From an uncultured virus (IMG/VR IMGVR_UViG_3300025098_000016) (Duplodnaviria; Heunggongvirae; Uroviricota; Caudoviricetes), in the IMG/VR virus record IMGVR_UViG_3300025098_000016: a DNA stretch of 64,000 nt, one strand, 5' to 3'. Every line of letters starts with the position of its first letter. The first letter of the stretch is position 1. The translations under genes and the position numbers were made by a program. The notes under the pieces are model-generated. The model was not told the DNA's origin. It made no database searches and saw only the letters and a program-made list of their open reading frames with translations. This document shows, piece by piece, positions 11,585-21,996 of the stretch.

Positions 11585-13426
11585 ATGGCATATCAAATTA
11601 ATAAGACTAGCGGTGCATTACTTGTTAACCTAGCAGATGGGCAGATTGATGTAGCAACTACTGATATCACACTAATTGGTAAAAACTATACAGGGTTTGG
11701 TGAAAGCATAAACGAAAACTTTGTTAAAATGTTAGAAAATTTTGCAAATGTTTCTTCTCCAGCTAATCCGCTTGCAGGACAAATTTGGTGGGATACATCA
11801 AATAGTAGATTAAAAGTTTATACAGGCACTGACTGGACTACAGGCGGTGGACCAATTGTACAGCCTACACAACCAACAATGGTTGCAGGCGATATGTGGA
11901 TTAATAACGATGCAAATCAGCTTTACTTCTTTGACGGTACAGACTTAGAACTAGCAGGACCAATTTATAATGCGTTCCAAGGTAAGTCAGGACCCGAAGT
12001 AATCACAGTGCTTGACCAAACAGGTACAAGCAGAACTATTGTAAAATATTGGGTAGGCGGCACATTTGTAGGCTTATGGAGTAAGGTTGCATTTATACCA
12101 CAAAACGTAGACACTATTCCAGGATTTACAGGTGATGTTGTTAAAGGCTTTAATGTTGTTGATGCAGACTTTATTTTTGCTGGCACGGCATCAAGAACAT
12201 CAGCACTAGTTGATAGTAATAATGTAGCAAGAACAGCGGCACAGTTCCTTGCTAGTGACTCAGATGATGCAACATCTGGTGCGTTAACAGTTAGAAATAA
12301 CAATGGACTTACAGTAGGACTAACAGATAACAATGTTGTAAAAGTAACATCAGAAGGTGTTGTGAACGAAAACAACGTTAGTAACCAAAATTACATATTT
12401 AGAATGACCACAAGTAGTGGTAAGACTGATGCAATGACAATTGATTCTACTAATAGTAGAATTGGTATCTATAACACAAGTCCAACACAAACATTAGATG
12501 TTGGCGGCAATATGCGTGTTGCAGGAGACCTAATTGTTGATGGTGATACTACTAGTATTGATGTACAAACATTATTGGTAAGAGATAAGAGTATTGAACT
12601 TGCAAAAGGTGACGACAGTACATTATTAGATGACGCAGGAGTTGATGAAGCAGGATTTACAATAGCATCGTCAAACGGTACTAAAGAATTTTTATGGCGT
12701 AATGCAACAAATGCATTTACATCAAATGTAAGTCTTAACCTAACAGGTGGAAGTTCACTTAAATTTAATGGTGTTGATATTATTACAGGATCAGCAGGTG
12801 TTGGTATTACAAGTATTGGTGCGTTAACATCAGCTAACATCGGTAGTTTTAGTTTTACAGGCGGTAACAACCTAACTACAACAACAGTTGATGGTAGTGG
12901 TAATGGTATAAACTTAACTGCGGCTGGTAATATTAACCTTGTAACACCAAGACAGATTAGAAATGTTAGTGATCCTACAGCAGATCAAGACGTTGCTACT
13001 AAAGCATATGTTGATAGTAGTATTAATTTAGAAGTATTAGCACTAGCATTAGACGTTACAGGGCTAGGAACAGCAGGCACATTACAACAGCATACAAATA
13101 TTGCTACAATTTTGAATGATATTGCACCTGCAAGTACAAAGCAAGACGGTACAGAAGCTAGAATTCACTGTACAACCACTACAGGTGCTACAGCAACGCT
13201 AACTGGATCAGCTTTGAACACAGCATTTAACGAAAGTACTGTACTAGTACAACAAAAAGACAACGGCGGCAACGATGATGGGTCGGTAAGTGTTATCCAA
13301 AGTGCTACATTTAATGATGCAACTGGTAATATTTCATCTACAGTAACACGAACACTAAAATTATTTAGAATAAGTTCAGGAGCATGGGGTTATGTGCAAG
13401 ACCTTACTCCGGGCAGTTTGGTATAA
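11585..13426 (+). CDS. Tail fibre-like protein (paralog of 9502 and 13456)
   Basis: N-terminus MAYQIN..GKNY.GFGE..NENFVKMLENFA..P..GQIWWD; fibre motifs IGIYNTSPTQTLDV and DPTADQDVATKAYVD. Confidence 0.7.
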   Translation: MAYQINKTSGALLVNLADGQIDVATTDITLIGKNYTGFGESINENFVKMLENFANVSSPANPLAGQIWWDTSNSRLKVYTGTDWTTGGGPIVQPTQPTMVAGDMWINNDANQLYFFDGTDLELAGPIYNAFQGKSGPEVITVLDQTGTSRTIVKYWVGGTFVGLWSKVAFIPQNVDTIPGFTGDVVKGFNVVDADFIFAGTASRTSALVDSNNVARTAAQFLASDSDDATSGALTVRNNNGLTVGLTDNNVVKVTSEGVVNENNVSNQNYIFRMTTSSGKTDAMTIDSTNSRIGIYNTSPTQTLDVGGNMRVAGDLIVDGDTTSIDVQTLLVRDKSIELAKGDDSTLLDDAGVDEAGFTIASSNGTKEFLWRNATNAFTSNVSLNLTGGSSLKFNGVDIITGSAGVGITSIGALTSANIGSFSFTGGNNLTTTTVDGSGNGINLTAAGNINLVTPRQIRNVSDPTADQDVATKAYVDSSINLEVLALALDVTGLGTAGTLQQHTNIATILNDIAPASTKQDGTEARIHCTTTTGATATLTGSALNTAFNESTVLVQQKDNGGNDDGSVSVIQSATFNDATGNISSTVTRTLKLFRISSGAWGYVQDLTPGSLV

Positions 13427-13429
13427 ATA
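13422..13429 (+). promoter_or_regulatory. T4-type late promoter TATAAATA
   Basis: Exact TATAAATA upstream of ATG 13456. Confidence 0.65.
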
Positions 13430-13455
13430 CATATAACACAATTAGGGGTTTATAA

Positions 13456-14940
13456 ATGGCATACGTAATAAATTTAACAAATGGAGGGTCGTTAGTAACG
13501 GTTGAAGACGGCACCATTGACCAGAGTACTTCACTTAAATTAGTAGGTAAGAACTATGCTGGCTATGGTGAGATACAGAACGAAAACTTTATCCATTTGC
13601 TAGAAAGTTTTTCTAGCGGAAATCAACCAGCAGGTCCAATAAGCGGCCAAGTTTGGTTTGATAGTTCATTAAAAAAATTAAAGTTCTATGACGGAACTAA
13701 GTTTAGAACAACAGGTGGAGCGGAAATATCCACAACACAACCAGTAGGATTAACAACAGGTGATTTTTGGTGGGATACTAGCAACAATCAATTATATGCA
13801 CAAAATGCAGATGGTGGATTTGTCCTAATTGGTCCACAATCAATTGGTGAAACAGTAAGTGCTATGGTAACTGCTCAAGTACGTGATAACAATCAAGTTA
13901 ACAGAACTGTAATTAAAGGTACTGTTGATGATGGTGTTGTGTTTATTGTAAGTAATTCAGAATTTACAATAGATACTACAGATCCAGCCAATGCCATTAC
14001 TGGATTTGATGTAGTACGCCAAGGACTTACCCTAAGAAATACAACTAGTTCAGCAAATGGTATTACAAGTTCAGCACACAGATTCCATGGTACAGCAACA
14101 AATGCTGAATCACTAGGTGGTGTTAGTGCGGCAAACTTTGTACAAAACACACCAGGCCAAGAAAGTTCATTTGGTGAAACTGTAAGATTTTCTGATGCAG
14201 GATATACAGTTGGTGCGGCAAACGATTTAAAAATATTTGTAGATTCAGCAGGTTCAGGTGATGAGGGTGTTATTGAAAACACTACAGGACAAAAGATTAG
14301 ATTTAGAGTTAAGTCAAGTGGTGGTGTAACTACAGAGCCATTCCAAATACAATCAATTGGACTTATTCCAACAACAACAGCAACATATGACATTGGTGAT
14401 GCAAATTATAAATGGAGAAACATGTATGCAACTTCATTTAACGGATTAGCAACACAGGCGATTGCACTACAAGTTGGATCAAATTATAGAACAGGTGATG
14501 TAAATGCAACAAATAATACAGTTGCAGTGCGTGACTCAAGTGGTAATATATCAGCAAATGTATTTAATGGTGTATCAACAAGTGCAAGATATGCTGACTT
14601 AGCAGAAAAATACACAACAGACAATGAGTATCCAGTAGGTACAGCAATGGCAGTAGGTGGAGACGCTGAAACAACAGCGGCTAAATCAAGTACAATGTGT
14701 ATTGGTGTAATTTCTGAAAATCCAGCACACTTAATGAACGCAGAATCAGAAGGCCAAGCAATTGGACTTAAAGGCCGTGTTCCTGTAAGAGTAAAAGGTG
14801 TTGTATCAAAAGGACAACCAGTGTATGCTTGGGAAGATGGTGTATGTTCAACTATAGAAACAACAGGTTTAGTCGGTATTGCATTAGAAGCTAGTGACGA
14901 TGAGTCAGAAAAGCTAATCGAGTGTGTACTTAAAGTATAA
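13456..14940 (+). CDS. Tail fibre/spike with C-terminal intramolecular-chaperone autocleavage-like domain
   Basis: Shared N-terminal module; C-terminal ARYADLAEKY...IGVIS..PA.LMN...GRVPVRV (peptidase G2/IMC-like). Confidence 0.7.
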   Translation: MAYVINLTNGGSLVTVEDGTIDQSTSLKLVGKNYAGYGEIQNENFIHLLESFSSGNQPAGPISGQVWFDSSLKKLKFYDGTKFRTTGGAEISTTQPVGLTTGDFWWDTSNNQLYAQNADGGFVLIGPQSIGETVSAMVTAQVRDNNQVNRTVIKGTVDDGVVFIVSNSEFTIDTTDPANAITGFDVVRQGLTLRNTTSSANGITSSAHRFHGTATNAESLGGVSAANFVQNTPGQESSFGETVRFSDAGYTVGAANDLKIFVDSAGSGDEGVIENTTGQKIRFRVKSSGGVTTEPFQIQSIGLIPTTTATYDIGDANYKWRNMYATSFNGLATQAIALQVGSNYRTGDVNATNNTVAVRDSSGNISANVFNGVSTSARYADLAEKYTTDNEYPVGTAMAVGGDAETTAAKSSTMCIGVISENPAHLMNAESEGQAIGLKGRVPVRVKGVVSKGQPVYAWEDGVCSTIETTGLVGIALEASDDESEKLIECVLKV

Positions 14941-14943
14941 GTA
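14936..14943 (+). promoter_or_regulatory. Late-promoter variant TATAAGTA
   Basis: One mismatch to TATAAATA, followed by SD AAGGA and ATG 14960. Confidence 0.5.
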
Positions 14944-14959
14944 TTAAAAAGGAACTATT

Positions 14960-15874
14960 ATGGCAGTAGGCGATACAATTACCGCGGCGCGGTACAACAT
15001 TATTCAAGCAAGAGTAGCGGCAGTTATTGGATTAGGTTCTGGTGATGAAGGTTACGGACAAGCTCGTGCAAGTAGTACAGCGGCAGTAGGTGCTACAATT
15101 ACAGCACAAGATATGGCAAATTTGTTTACTGATATGAACAAGATCAGATTACATCAAACAGGATCAGTTCCTACAGAAATTATAGCACCAAGTGTAGGTG
15201 ATACAGTTGAAGATTCAAATAATACTTCAAAAGAAGGTTATGTACAGTACGAAACATTAAGTACAACATGCCAAGCATCAAGATTAACTGCAAATGCAAG
15301 CCAACTAGGATTGCAAGCAGGTACAAGTAGCCAAAGAACATCAAGCTGGTCAACAGATATTAATCATATTTTTACTGTTACTTTTGGTGGATATGCAGTT
15401 ACTAATGGAGACGGAAGTACTACAACAGTTAGTGGCGCAGAACATATGCGTGTATTTTTTAATGCAGGCGGCACAATAAATTTAAGTGGTACAATTGGTT
15501 CAGGTAGTTCAACTATTAATAACGACTGGCGTAACTTAATGACATCAGTAGGTACAGTTATAGTTGGAAGATCAACTACTTCAAATGGTTCAACAGGTAC
15601 TAACTACGGTTATTCAAACTTACCTACTAGCTATACAACAATTTTTAACAAGACAGCAAGTGCTTATAGTGCTAACGATTATTTAATTGAAGCAAAGAAA
15701 AGCGGTGCAGTTTTAACATTCCGTGTTACATTTAACGAAGATAAAGGTCCTAATCCAAACTATGACGAAGCAGTTACAGCAACTACAACTAGTACTGTAC
15801 AGTTAAATAGACCTAACAATGCAAGCAGTGTAAACATTGCGGCACCAACTTTCGCCAACACAGACAACCTATAA
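14960..15874 (+). CDS. Putative virion structural protein, S/T-rich
   Basis: 304 aa, composition like the neighbouring fibre genes; follows a late motif. Confidence 0.55.
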   Translation: MAVGDTITAARYNIIQARVAAVIGLGSGDEGYGQARASSTAAVGATITAQDMANLFTDMNKIRLHQTGSVPTEIIAPSVGDTVEDSNNTSKEGYVQYETLSTTCQASRLTANASQLGLQAGTSSQRTSSWSTDINHIFTVTFGGYAVTNGDGSTTTVSGAEHMRVFFNAGGTINLSGTIGSGSSTINNDWRNLMTSVGTVIVGRSTTSNGSTGTNYGYSNLPTSYTTIFNKTASAYSANDYLIEAKKSGAVLTFRVTFNEDKGPNPNYDEAVTATTTSTVQLNRPNNASSVNIAAPTFANTDNL

Positions 15875-15877
15875 GAG

Positions 15878-15912
15878 TAAATAGTTATACTATAAACTAG
15901 GAGTATAACTAT
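15878..15912 (+). promoter_or_regulatory. Late motif TAAATA plus 11-bp hairpin occluding SD/start codon
   Basis: TAAATA 15878-83; perfect inverted repeat ATAGTTATACT (15881-91)/AGTATAACTAT (15902-12) overlapping SD AGGAG and the AT of ATG 15911. Confidence 0.7.
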
Positions 15913-16258
15913 GGACGAAGCACTAGAGAAGGCATTAGATTTTTCTAATTTTACTTCTACACTCAACGCCCAAAAACGTATATTGCATGAAAAGTATTTA
16001 GATGAACTAGTAATGTACTCTAATAATGGCATGTTTACAATTTCAAAAGAACTTTTGAATTTTTGTTTTATGCTAACTTCTACAAACATAAACAAAACTG
16101 TATTAATAGATAGTAATAGAACTCCTATTGAAATTAATGATGTTGAAGAATTTATGTTAAAAGCAACTCAACATTACACAGATGTAACTAGTAAGTACTT
16201 ACAAGAATATAAGATTCTTAGCACCAAACGTAATGTAGAAGGTTTAGTGGATGACTAA
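15911..16258 (+). CDS. Hypothetical protein, first gene of modification island
   Basis: 115 aa ORF, SD AGGAG. Confidence 0.6.
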   Translation: MDEALEKALDFSNFTSTLNAQKRILHEKYLDELVMYSNNGMFTISKELLNFCFMLTSTNINKTVLIDSNRTPIEINDVEEFMLKATQHYTDVTSKYLQEYKILSTKRNVEGLVDD

Positions 16259-17075
16259 TGGTGTACTATGCTTTGCACACAATAACGGAAAAGTAAATTA
16301 TATAAAGCAAGCAGAGTTTCTTGCAAAACGTGTAAAGCAACATTTGAATTTACCAACTACGTTAGTCACGTCTACTCCACACGGGCTAGACGACAACACA
16401 GTATTTGATCAAGTAATTGAAATAGCAGATGATAATAACAACGTAAAACGTTATTATAACGGCTCTTTACATCATGAAAGATTACCATTCAAAAATAATG
16501 ACAGAGTAAGAAGTTATGAATTATCTCCTTATGATACTACACTTGTTCTTGATACAGATTACATAATTTGTAATGATGTATTCAACAATGCATTTAATAG
16601 TACACACGATTTTCAAATATATAGGAACGGTATCGATTTATGTGATTGGCGTAAACATAAAGAATTTGATTACATTAATGATACAGGTATTCCTTTTTAT
16701 TGGGCAACTTGTTTTTGCTTTACAAAAACACAAGAAACAAAAATATTTTTTGACCTATTACAACACTTAGTAAGTAACTGGAAACATTATGATCACGTGT
16801 ATAATTTAGGAAGTAGAAACTTTAGAAATGATCATGTGTTTAGTATTGCTATACATATGATGAATGGATTTACAGATGGTAATTGGGCAAAAACTCTACC
16901 AGGCAAAATGTTTTATACATTAGATAGAGATATTGTAAAAACTATTAAAGATAATTCACTTACATTTTTACTACAAAAAGAAAACTATGTAGGAGAATAC
17001 ATTTTAGCATCAACAAAAGACTGTAATGTACATGTCATGAATAAGTTTAGTTTGGGAGAACTTATAAATGGATAA
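16251..17075 (+). CDS. GT-A (GT8-like) glycosyltransferase
   Basis: LSPYDTTLVLDTD (DxD) motif; paralog of the next gene. Confidence 0.6.
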   Translation: MTNGVLCFAHNNGKVNYIKQAEFLAKRVKQHLNLPTTLVTSTPHGLDDNTVFDQVIEIADDNNNVKRYYNGSLHHERLPFKNNDRVRSYELSPYDTTLVLDTDYIICNDVFNNAFNSTHDFQIYRNGIDLCDWRKHKEFDYINDTGIPFYWATCFCFTKTQETKIFFDLLQHLVSNWKHYDHVYNLGSRNFRNDHVFSIAIHMMNGFTDGNWAKTLPGKMFYTLDRDIVKTIKDNSLTFLLQKENYVGEYILASTKDCNVHVMNKFSLGELING

Positions 17076-17862
17076 GGGATATATTATGGTAGCTATGGGC
17101 GACGACTATGTACGCCAAGCATATTTGTGTGCTGTGAGCATTAAGAAAACACAGGCAATTAACAACGTATCAATAGTAACAAGTGACGCAGTTCCAGAAG
17201 AATATAAAAGTGTTTTCGATAAAATTATTGAAGTACCTTGGCACGACGACCCACAAAGTTTTTATATAACAGAACATCGTTGGAAAGTGTTTCATTTAAC
17301 TCCGTATGATGAAACAGTTGTACTAGATACTGATATGATATTTCTATCAGATATTTCGCACTGGTGGAAATACTTTGCACAAAAAAGTATAGGCTTTATT
17401 AGTAACGTAACAGACTATAGAGGAAATACAATTACAAATGACTACTATAGGAAAGCATTTACAGCAAATAACTTACCTAACATATATTGTGCTTTTCATT
17501 ATTTTAAGAAAGACAACACAGCATTAGATTATTATAAAGTATTGAATAGAGTATGTGATAATTATCAAAAGTATTATGAAGTATATGCCCCTAAGCAAAC
17601 ACCTACCTTAAGTAGTATGGATGTGAATCATGCTATTGCATTACTTGACAGTAATATAGATGATTATACTATTAATTCTGCATCGTTTGTACATATGAAA
17701 AGTAAAGTACAAGGATGGGATAACCCAACCGATACTTGGACTGATACTGTGCCATATTATATTAGTGACGAATTAAAAATTGGAAATTATACACAACACG
17801 GACTTTTTCATTATACTGAAAATAGTTTTTGTGAGGAGATGTTATGCAACATGTTAAAATAG
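17068..17862 (+). CDS. GT-A (GT8-like) glycosyltransferase
   Basis: LTPYDETVVLDTDMIF (DxD), FVHMK. Confidence 0.62.
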   Translation: MDKGYIMVAMGDDYVRQAYLCAVSIKKTQAINNVSIVTSDAVPEEYKSVFDKIIEVPWHDDPQSFYITEHRWKVFHLTPYDETVVLDTDMIFLSDISHWWKYFAQKSIGFISNVTDYRGNTITNDYYRKAFTANNLPNIYCAFHYFKKDNTALDYYKVLNRVCDNYQKYYEVYAPKQTPTLSSMDVNHAIALLDSNIDDYTINSASFVHMKSKVQGWDNPTDTWTDTVPYYISDELKIGNYTQHGLFHYTENSFCEEMLCNMLK

Positions 17863-18383
17863 ATACTCCGCAGTATGTTTGTTTTAATCAAAAGACTGGA
17901 GAAATTTTTAGTGTAGGACCTAGTATTGAGCCAGGCTATCAGTATGTTGAAGTTACTGAAGAAGAGATTGAGCCTATTAAAACTTTTAAAAAAAATATGA
18001 CCGATTATGTTGTAGCTTACAATCGAGTTGAAAAGGCATTTGTACTTAAAGAGAATATCTATATCGAACACGAAGCACAGTTTACACAGATCATGCCTGT
18101 AGATGAATCTGCAATGTATGATTTGCTTTTAACGGTTGACAATAAGGCTAAAAGATGTTATATTAGTACAGGTATAGAACTATTAGATACAATGAAAACA
18201 ACTAACGTAGATTTCCAAAAAGAAATTACTTTTAGTTTTACAAAGAAAGGCGATCCGCATGTATTATACGATATGATTACGTTTAATATTGCAGATCCAA
18301 AAGAACATACAATTAATATTAAAGATACGTATAGTATCTATGCAAGTAGTGATATGGCAACTTGTATGTATAAGGAATTATAA
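17844..18383 (+). CDS. Hypothetical protein
   Basis: 179 aa ORF overlapping both neighbours, SD GAGGAG. Confidence 0.55.
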   Translation: MQHVKIDTPQYVCFNQKTGEIFSVGPSIEPGYQYVEVTEEEIEPIKTFKKNMTDYVVAYNRVEKAFVLKENIYIEHEAQFTQIMPVDESAMYDLLLTVDNKAKRCYISTGIELLDTMKTTNVDFQKEITFSFTKKGDPHVLYDMITFNIADPKEHTINIKDTYSIYASSDMATCMYKEL

Positions 18384-19303
18384 TGAAAGTAAAAATTGCA
18401 GAAATAGATATAATTTATTTAAGTTATGACGAACCAAACGCTGATAAAAATTATGCAGACTTGTTAACTAAAGTTCCGTGGGCAAAGCGTGTACATGGTG
18501 TAGAAGGTTCTGATGCGGCACATAAAGCCTGTGCTGAACTTTCTGAAACAGATAGATTCATTACAGTAGACGGTGATAATACTATACGGCAAGATTTTAT
18601 TAATCAAGTATTAGACTTTGATGAACATACAGACTTAGAACATAGTGTAATTAGTTGGTGTGGTAGAAATTCTGTTAACGGATTGCTATATGGCAATGGA
18701 GGATTAAAATGCTGGCCAAAACAATATGTGTTAGATATGAAAACACACGAAAACGCTGATCCTAATAATAAACAAGCACAAGTAGACTTTTGTTGGGACT
18801 TACAGTATATCCAACAAAATAGTTGCTATTCAGATGTACATAATAACGAAACAGCACATCAGGCCTGGCGAGCAGGATTCCGTGAAGGTGTAAAAATGGC
18901 ACTTGATCAAGGAGTCAAACCAACTAAGGAAGAATTTTTAAACGGACATTGGAAGAATTTACACAGACTATGGATTTGGTTAATGGTTGGTGCTGATGCT
19001 AAAAACGGTAACTGGGCAATATTAGGTGCTAGAGAAGGCCTTAGTATGACAATGCTTAGTGATTGGGATTACGTACAAGTACGTGATTTTGAATATCTTA
19101 ATCAGCTTTGGGGCGGAAGAGACGAAATGCCTGCAGATGTTTTACACGATGAAATTTTTAATTATGGAAGCGAGTTAATTAATCAACTAGATTGCCCTAT
19201 TGCTATCCAACCTTTTACTGAAGAACAAAGCATGTTCTTTAAAACTGTTTATCAAAATCCTAGTAGAAGTAGTAATCAGCAGTTTATAGACAAGGAAAAA
19301 TAA
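18383..19303 (+). CDS. GT-A-like glycosyltransferase
   Basis: ITVDGD (DxD), N.L.YGNGGLK, AWRAGFREGVK; paralog of 20640. Confidence 0.55.
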   Translation: MKVKIAEIDIIYLSYDEPNADKNYADLLTKVPWAKRVHGVEGSDAAHKACAELSETDRFITVDGDNTIRQDFINQVLDFDEHTDLEHSVISWCGRNSVNGLLYGNGGLKCWPKQYVLDMKTHENADPNNKQAQVDFCWDLQYIQQNSCYSDVHNNETAHQAWRAGFREGVKMALDQGVKPTKEEFLNGHWKNLHRLWIWLMVGADAKNGNWAILGAREGLSMTMLSDWDYVQVRDFEYLNQLWGGRDEMPADVLHDEIFNYGSELINQLDCPIAIQPFTEEQSMFFKTVYQNPSRSSNQQFIDKEK

Positions 19304-20652
19304 TGCAACAACCGCAACTAATTGAGGTCAAAGAAAAATTAGATAAAGTAGGTTGTGGATTCTGTCTGGCTAAATGGACACAAGTAACTATTCATTTAGG
19401 ATCAGGATTAACGCACAGTTGTCATCATGTTAAAGCACATCCAATTGATTTAAACGAACTTGCAAAAAATCCTGGTACATTACATAACACTGGATTTAAA
19501 AAGAACGTAAGAAAACAGATGCTTAACAACGAGCGACCAAACGAGTGTGATTACTGTTGGCGTATTGAGGATAATACAGACGAATATAGTGATAGAGTTT
19601 TTAAAAGTAGCGATCCATTTAGTTGGCCAGATTTTGATACTATATCTAAGATGACTGGTGATGAAAACTTTTATCCTCGTTATGTTGAAGTAAGTTTTAG
19701 TAATGTTTGTAATTTTAAATGTGGATATTGTAGTCCTTCTTTTAGTAGTAAATGGGCTGACGAAATTAAAGAGCATGGCCCTTACACGTTCAAAGATACT
19801 AATTGGAGATATAATCAACCAGACGAACATCAAAAACAAATACCACAACGAGAAGCTAATCCGTATGTTGAAGCATTTTGGAAATGGTTCCCAGAAGCAG
19901 TAACACATATGCACACGTTTCGTATTACAGGTGGTGAACCTTTGATGAGCAAACATACTAATAGAGTAATAGAGTACTTGATGAATAATCCTCAACCTCA
20001 ATTAGAATTTTCTATAAACACAAATGGATGCCCTCCATTAGCAAACCAATGGAAAGAATTTGTAGATAAAATTAAAATTTTAGAAGATAATAATTGTATA
20101 CAAAGATTTGTTTTGTTCGTAAGTGCAGAAAGTAAAGGAGATCAAGCAGAATATAATAGATATGGTATGGACTGGACAATGTTTACAGACAATGTTAAGT
20201 ATTATCTAAAACAAGCAACAGGTAGTTTAGTGTTTATGAGTGCATTTAATGTGTTAAGTATTCCTACATTTTTACCTTTTCTTAAGTATGTCGCTAGACT
20301 TAAAGGCGGATACAAAAATGATATTATAGTAGATATACCTTATGTAAGAAGTCCAGGATTCTTAGATGCTAAAATTGCTACTAGTAATTTAATTCAAGAT
20401 TACTTACATCCGTGTATTCCTTATATGGAAGAAAACAATTTTAATGATAGAGAAAAGTCTCAAATGAAGCGTATTGTAAAAGACTTAGATGTAAGACAAG
20501 ACAATACTAAGTTCAAACAAGAGACAATTGAAGGTCGAAGAATGTTTTATGAATGGATACAACAATACGATAAACGACGAGATGTTAATTTTTTAGAAGT
20601 ATTCCCTCAAATGAAAGATTTTTACGAGGAGTGTAAAAAGTGCATGATATAA
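19303..20652 (+). CDS. Radical SAM protein with N-terminal auxiliary Fe-S (twitch/SPASM-like) domain
   Basis: CNFKCGYC, TGGEP, NTNG; N-terminal C..C/SCHH/CDYC. Confidence 0.85.
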   Translation: MQQPQLIEVKEKLDKVGCGFCLAKWTQVTIHLGSGLTHSCHHVKAHPIDLNELAKNPGTLHNTGFKKNVRKQMLNNERPNECDYCWRIEDNTDEYSDRVFKSSDPFSWPDFDTISKMTGDENFYPRYVEVSFSNVCNFKCGYCSPSFSSKWADEIKEHGPYTFKDTNWRYNQPDEHQKQIPQREANPYVEAFWKWFPEAVTHMHTFRITGGEPLMSKHTNRVIEYLMNNPQPQLEFSINTNGCPPLANQWKEFVDKIKILEDNNCIQRFVLFVSAESKGDQAEYNRYGMDWTMFTDNVKYYLKQATGSLVFMSAFNVLSIPTFLPFLKYVARLKGGYKNDIIVDIPYVRSPGFLDAKIATSNLIQDYLHPCIPYMEENNFNDREKSQMKRIVKDLDVRQDNTKFKQETIEGRRMFYEWIQQYDKRRDVNFLEVFPQMKDFYEECKKCMI

Positions 20653-21329
20653 TCTTTATAAGTTACTTTGAGCCAAATGCGGAACAAAATTTTGACGATT
20701 TGTACAATAGATTTAATACTGTTGGAGTATTTGGTGACAGAGTAAAGCGTGTTACTAATGTCAAAGGTATACACAATGCTCACGTTGAAGCGGCTAAACT
20801 TGTAAGAACTAGTTACTTCTATGTAGTTGACGGTGACGCAAAGGTCGTACAAGACTTCAAATTTGCTTATATAGCAAAGGAAAAGGATATTGTACATGTT
20901 TACCGTAGTGCTAATCCTATCAATAATTTAACGTATGGGTATGGCGGTGTAAAACTGTTACCTACAACACTAACACTTAACATGGACACAACTACTAATG
21001 ACATGACTACGAGTATTAGTGATAAGTTTAAGGTGATGAACGAAGTAAGTAACACCACAGCATTTAACACTGATCCTTTTAGTACTTGGAAAAGTGCTTT
21101 TAGAGAATGTACAAAATTAAGCAGTAAAACGATCAAAGGACAAAAAAATGACGAAACAGAAGAAAGACTACACATATGGACAACAGTTGGAGGGGATGTT
21201 CCCTTCGGCGATTACGCTATTGCAGGTGCTATTGCTGGCAGGGAGTTTGGGCTTTCTAACAAGTCTGATATTAAGTTAATTAATAATTTTGATTGGTTAA
21301 AGGAAAAATTTAATGAGCAATACAGTTAA
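20640..21329 (+). CDS. GT-A-like glycosyltransferase
   Basis: YVVDGD, NNLTYGYGGVK, WKSAFRECTK; paralog of 18383. Confidence 0.55.
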   Translation: MHDIIFISYFEPNAEQNFDDLYNRFNTVGVFGDRVKRVTNVKGIHNAHVEAAKLVRTSYFYVVDGDAKVVQDFKFAYIAKEKDIVHVYRSANPINNLTYGYGGVKLLPTTLTLNMDTTTNDMTTSISDKFKVMNEVSNTTAFNTDPFSTWKSAFRECTKLSSKTIKGQKNDETEERLHIWTTVGGDVPFGDYAIAGAIAGREFGLSNKSDIKLINNFDWLKEKFNEQYS

Positions 21330-21996
21330 TCTACTTAACGGATTAGAATATCTTTATCCTGAAAATAAAGTAGTTTCACAAATGAAGCGTACTCTTACTA
21401 TGTTTCCTGAAAGTGAAACTGCTATGGTAGATGCTTTTAGTTTAGGACAATTAGAAAGTAAACTGTGGCTTATTGAAAATTTACCCGACAAGTTAGGAAC
21501 TGTATTTGTTTGTGCAGGCTGGTATGGTACACTTGCAAGTTTTATGTTTGAACGTGCAAGAGACAAATTTGACAAAATACGTAGTTTTGATATTGATAGT
21601 AGTTGTGCATCTGTTGCCGATAATATGAATAGACCCTGGGTAATGGACGGGTGGCAATTTAAAGCAAGTACATTAGATATTCTTAATATGGAATATCCAA
21701 CTACACATACAACTTATAGAGCAGATGGCAGTAGTTTACAACTTACAGAAATGCCTGATACTATTATTAATACTAGTTGTGAACATATTAAAAATTTTGC
21801 AGATTGGTATGCAAAAATACCTAGTGGTAAGATGGTAATTTTACAGAGTAATAATTACTATGAAATTAAAGAACATGTCAACTGTGTTAAAGACATTTAC
21901 GAGTTTAAAGATATGGCACCGATGAATGAACTACATTATACAGGTCAGAAAGAGATGTCTAAATACACAAGATTTATGTTAATTGGAAGAAAATAA
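21313..21996 (+). CDS. Class I SAM-dependent methyltransferase-like protein
   Basis: Motif I-like VCAGWYG, acidic motif II SFDID, DTIINTSCEH. Confidence 0.55.
   Translation: MSNTVNLLNGLEYLYPENKVVSQMKRTLTMFPESETAMVDAFSLGQLESKLWLIENLPDKLGTVFVCAGWYGTLASFMFERARDKFDKIRSFDIDSSCASVADNMNRPWVMDGWQFKASTLDILNMEYPTTHTTYRADGSSLQLTEMPDTIINTSCEHIKNFADWYAKIPSGKMVILQSNNYYEIKEHVNCVKDIYEFKDMAPMNELHYTGQKEMSKYTRFMLIGRK

Noticed and set aside
13422..13458. Start-occluding hairpin here (and at the 8868 and 43037 late motifs)
   Set aside because: Only 4-6 mostly A/T pairs with long loops; expected by chance in AT-rich DNA
71..16095. Many minus-strand ORFs of 60-225 aa opposite structural genes
   Set aside because: Antisense shadows of biased-codon genes; no motifs and fully overlapped by better ORFs
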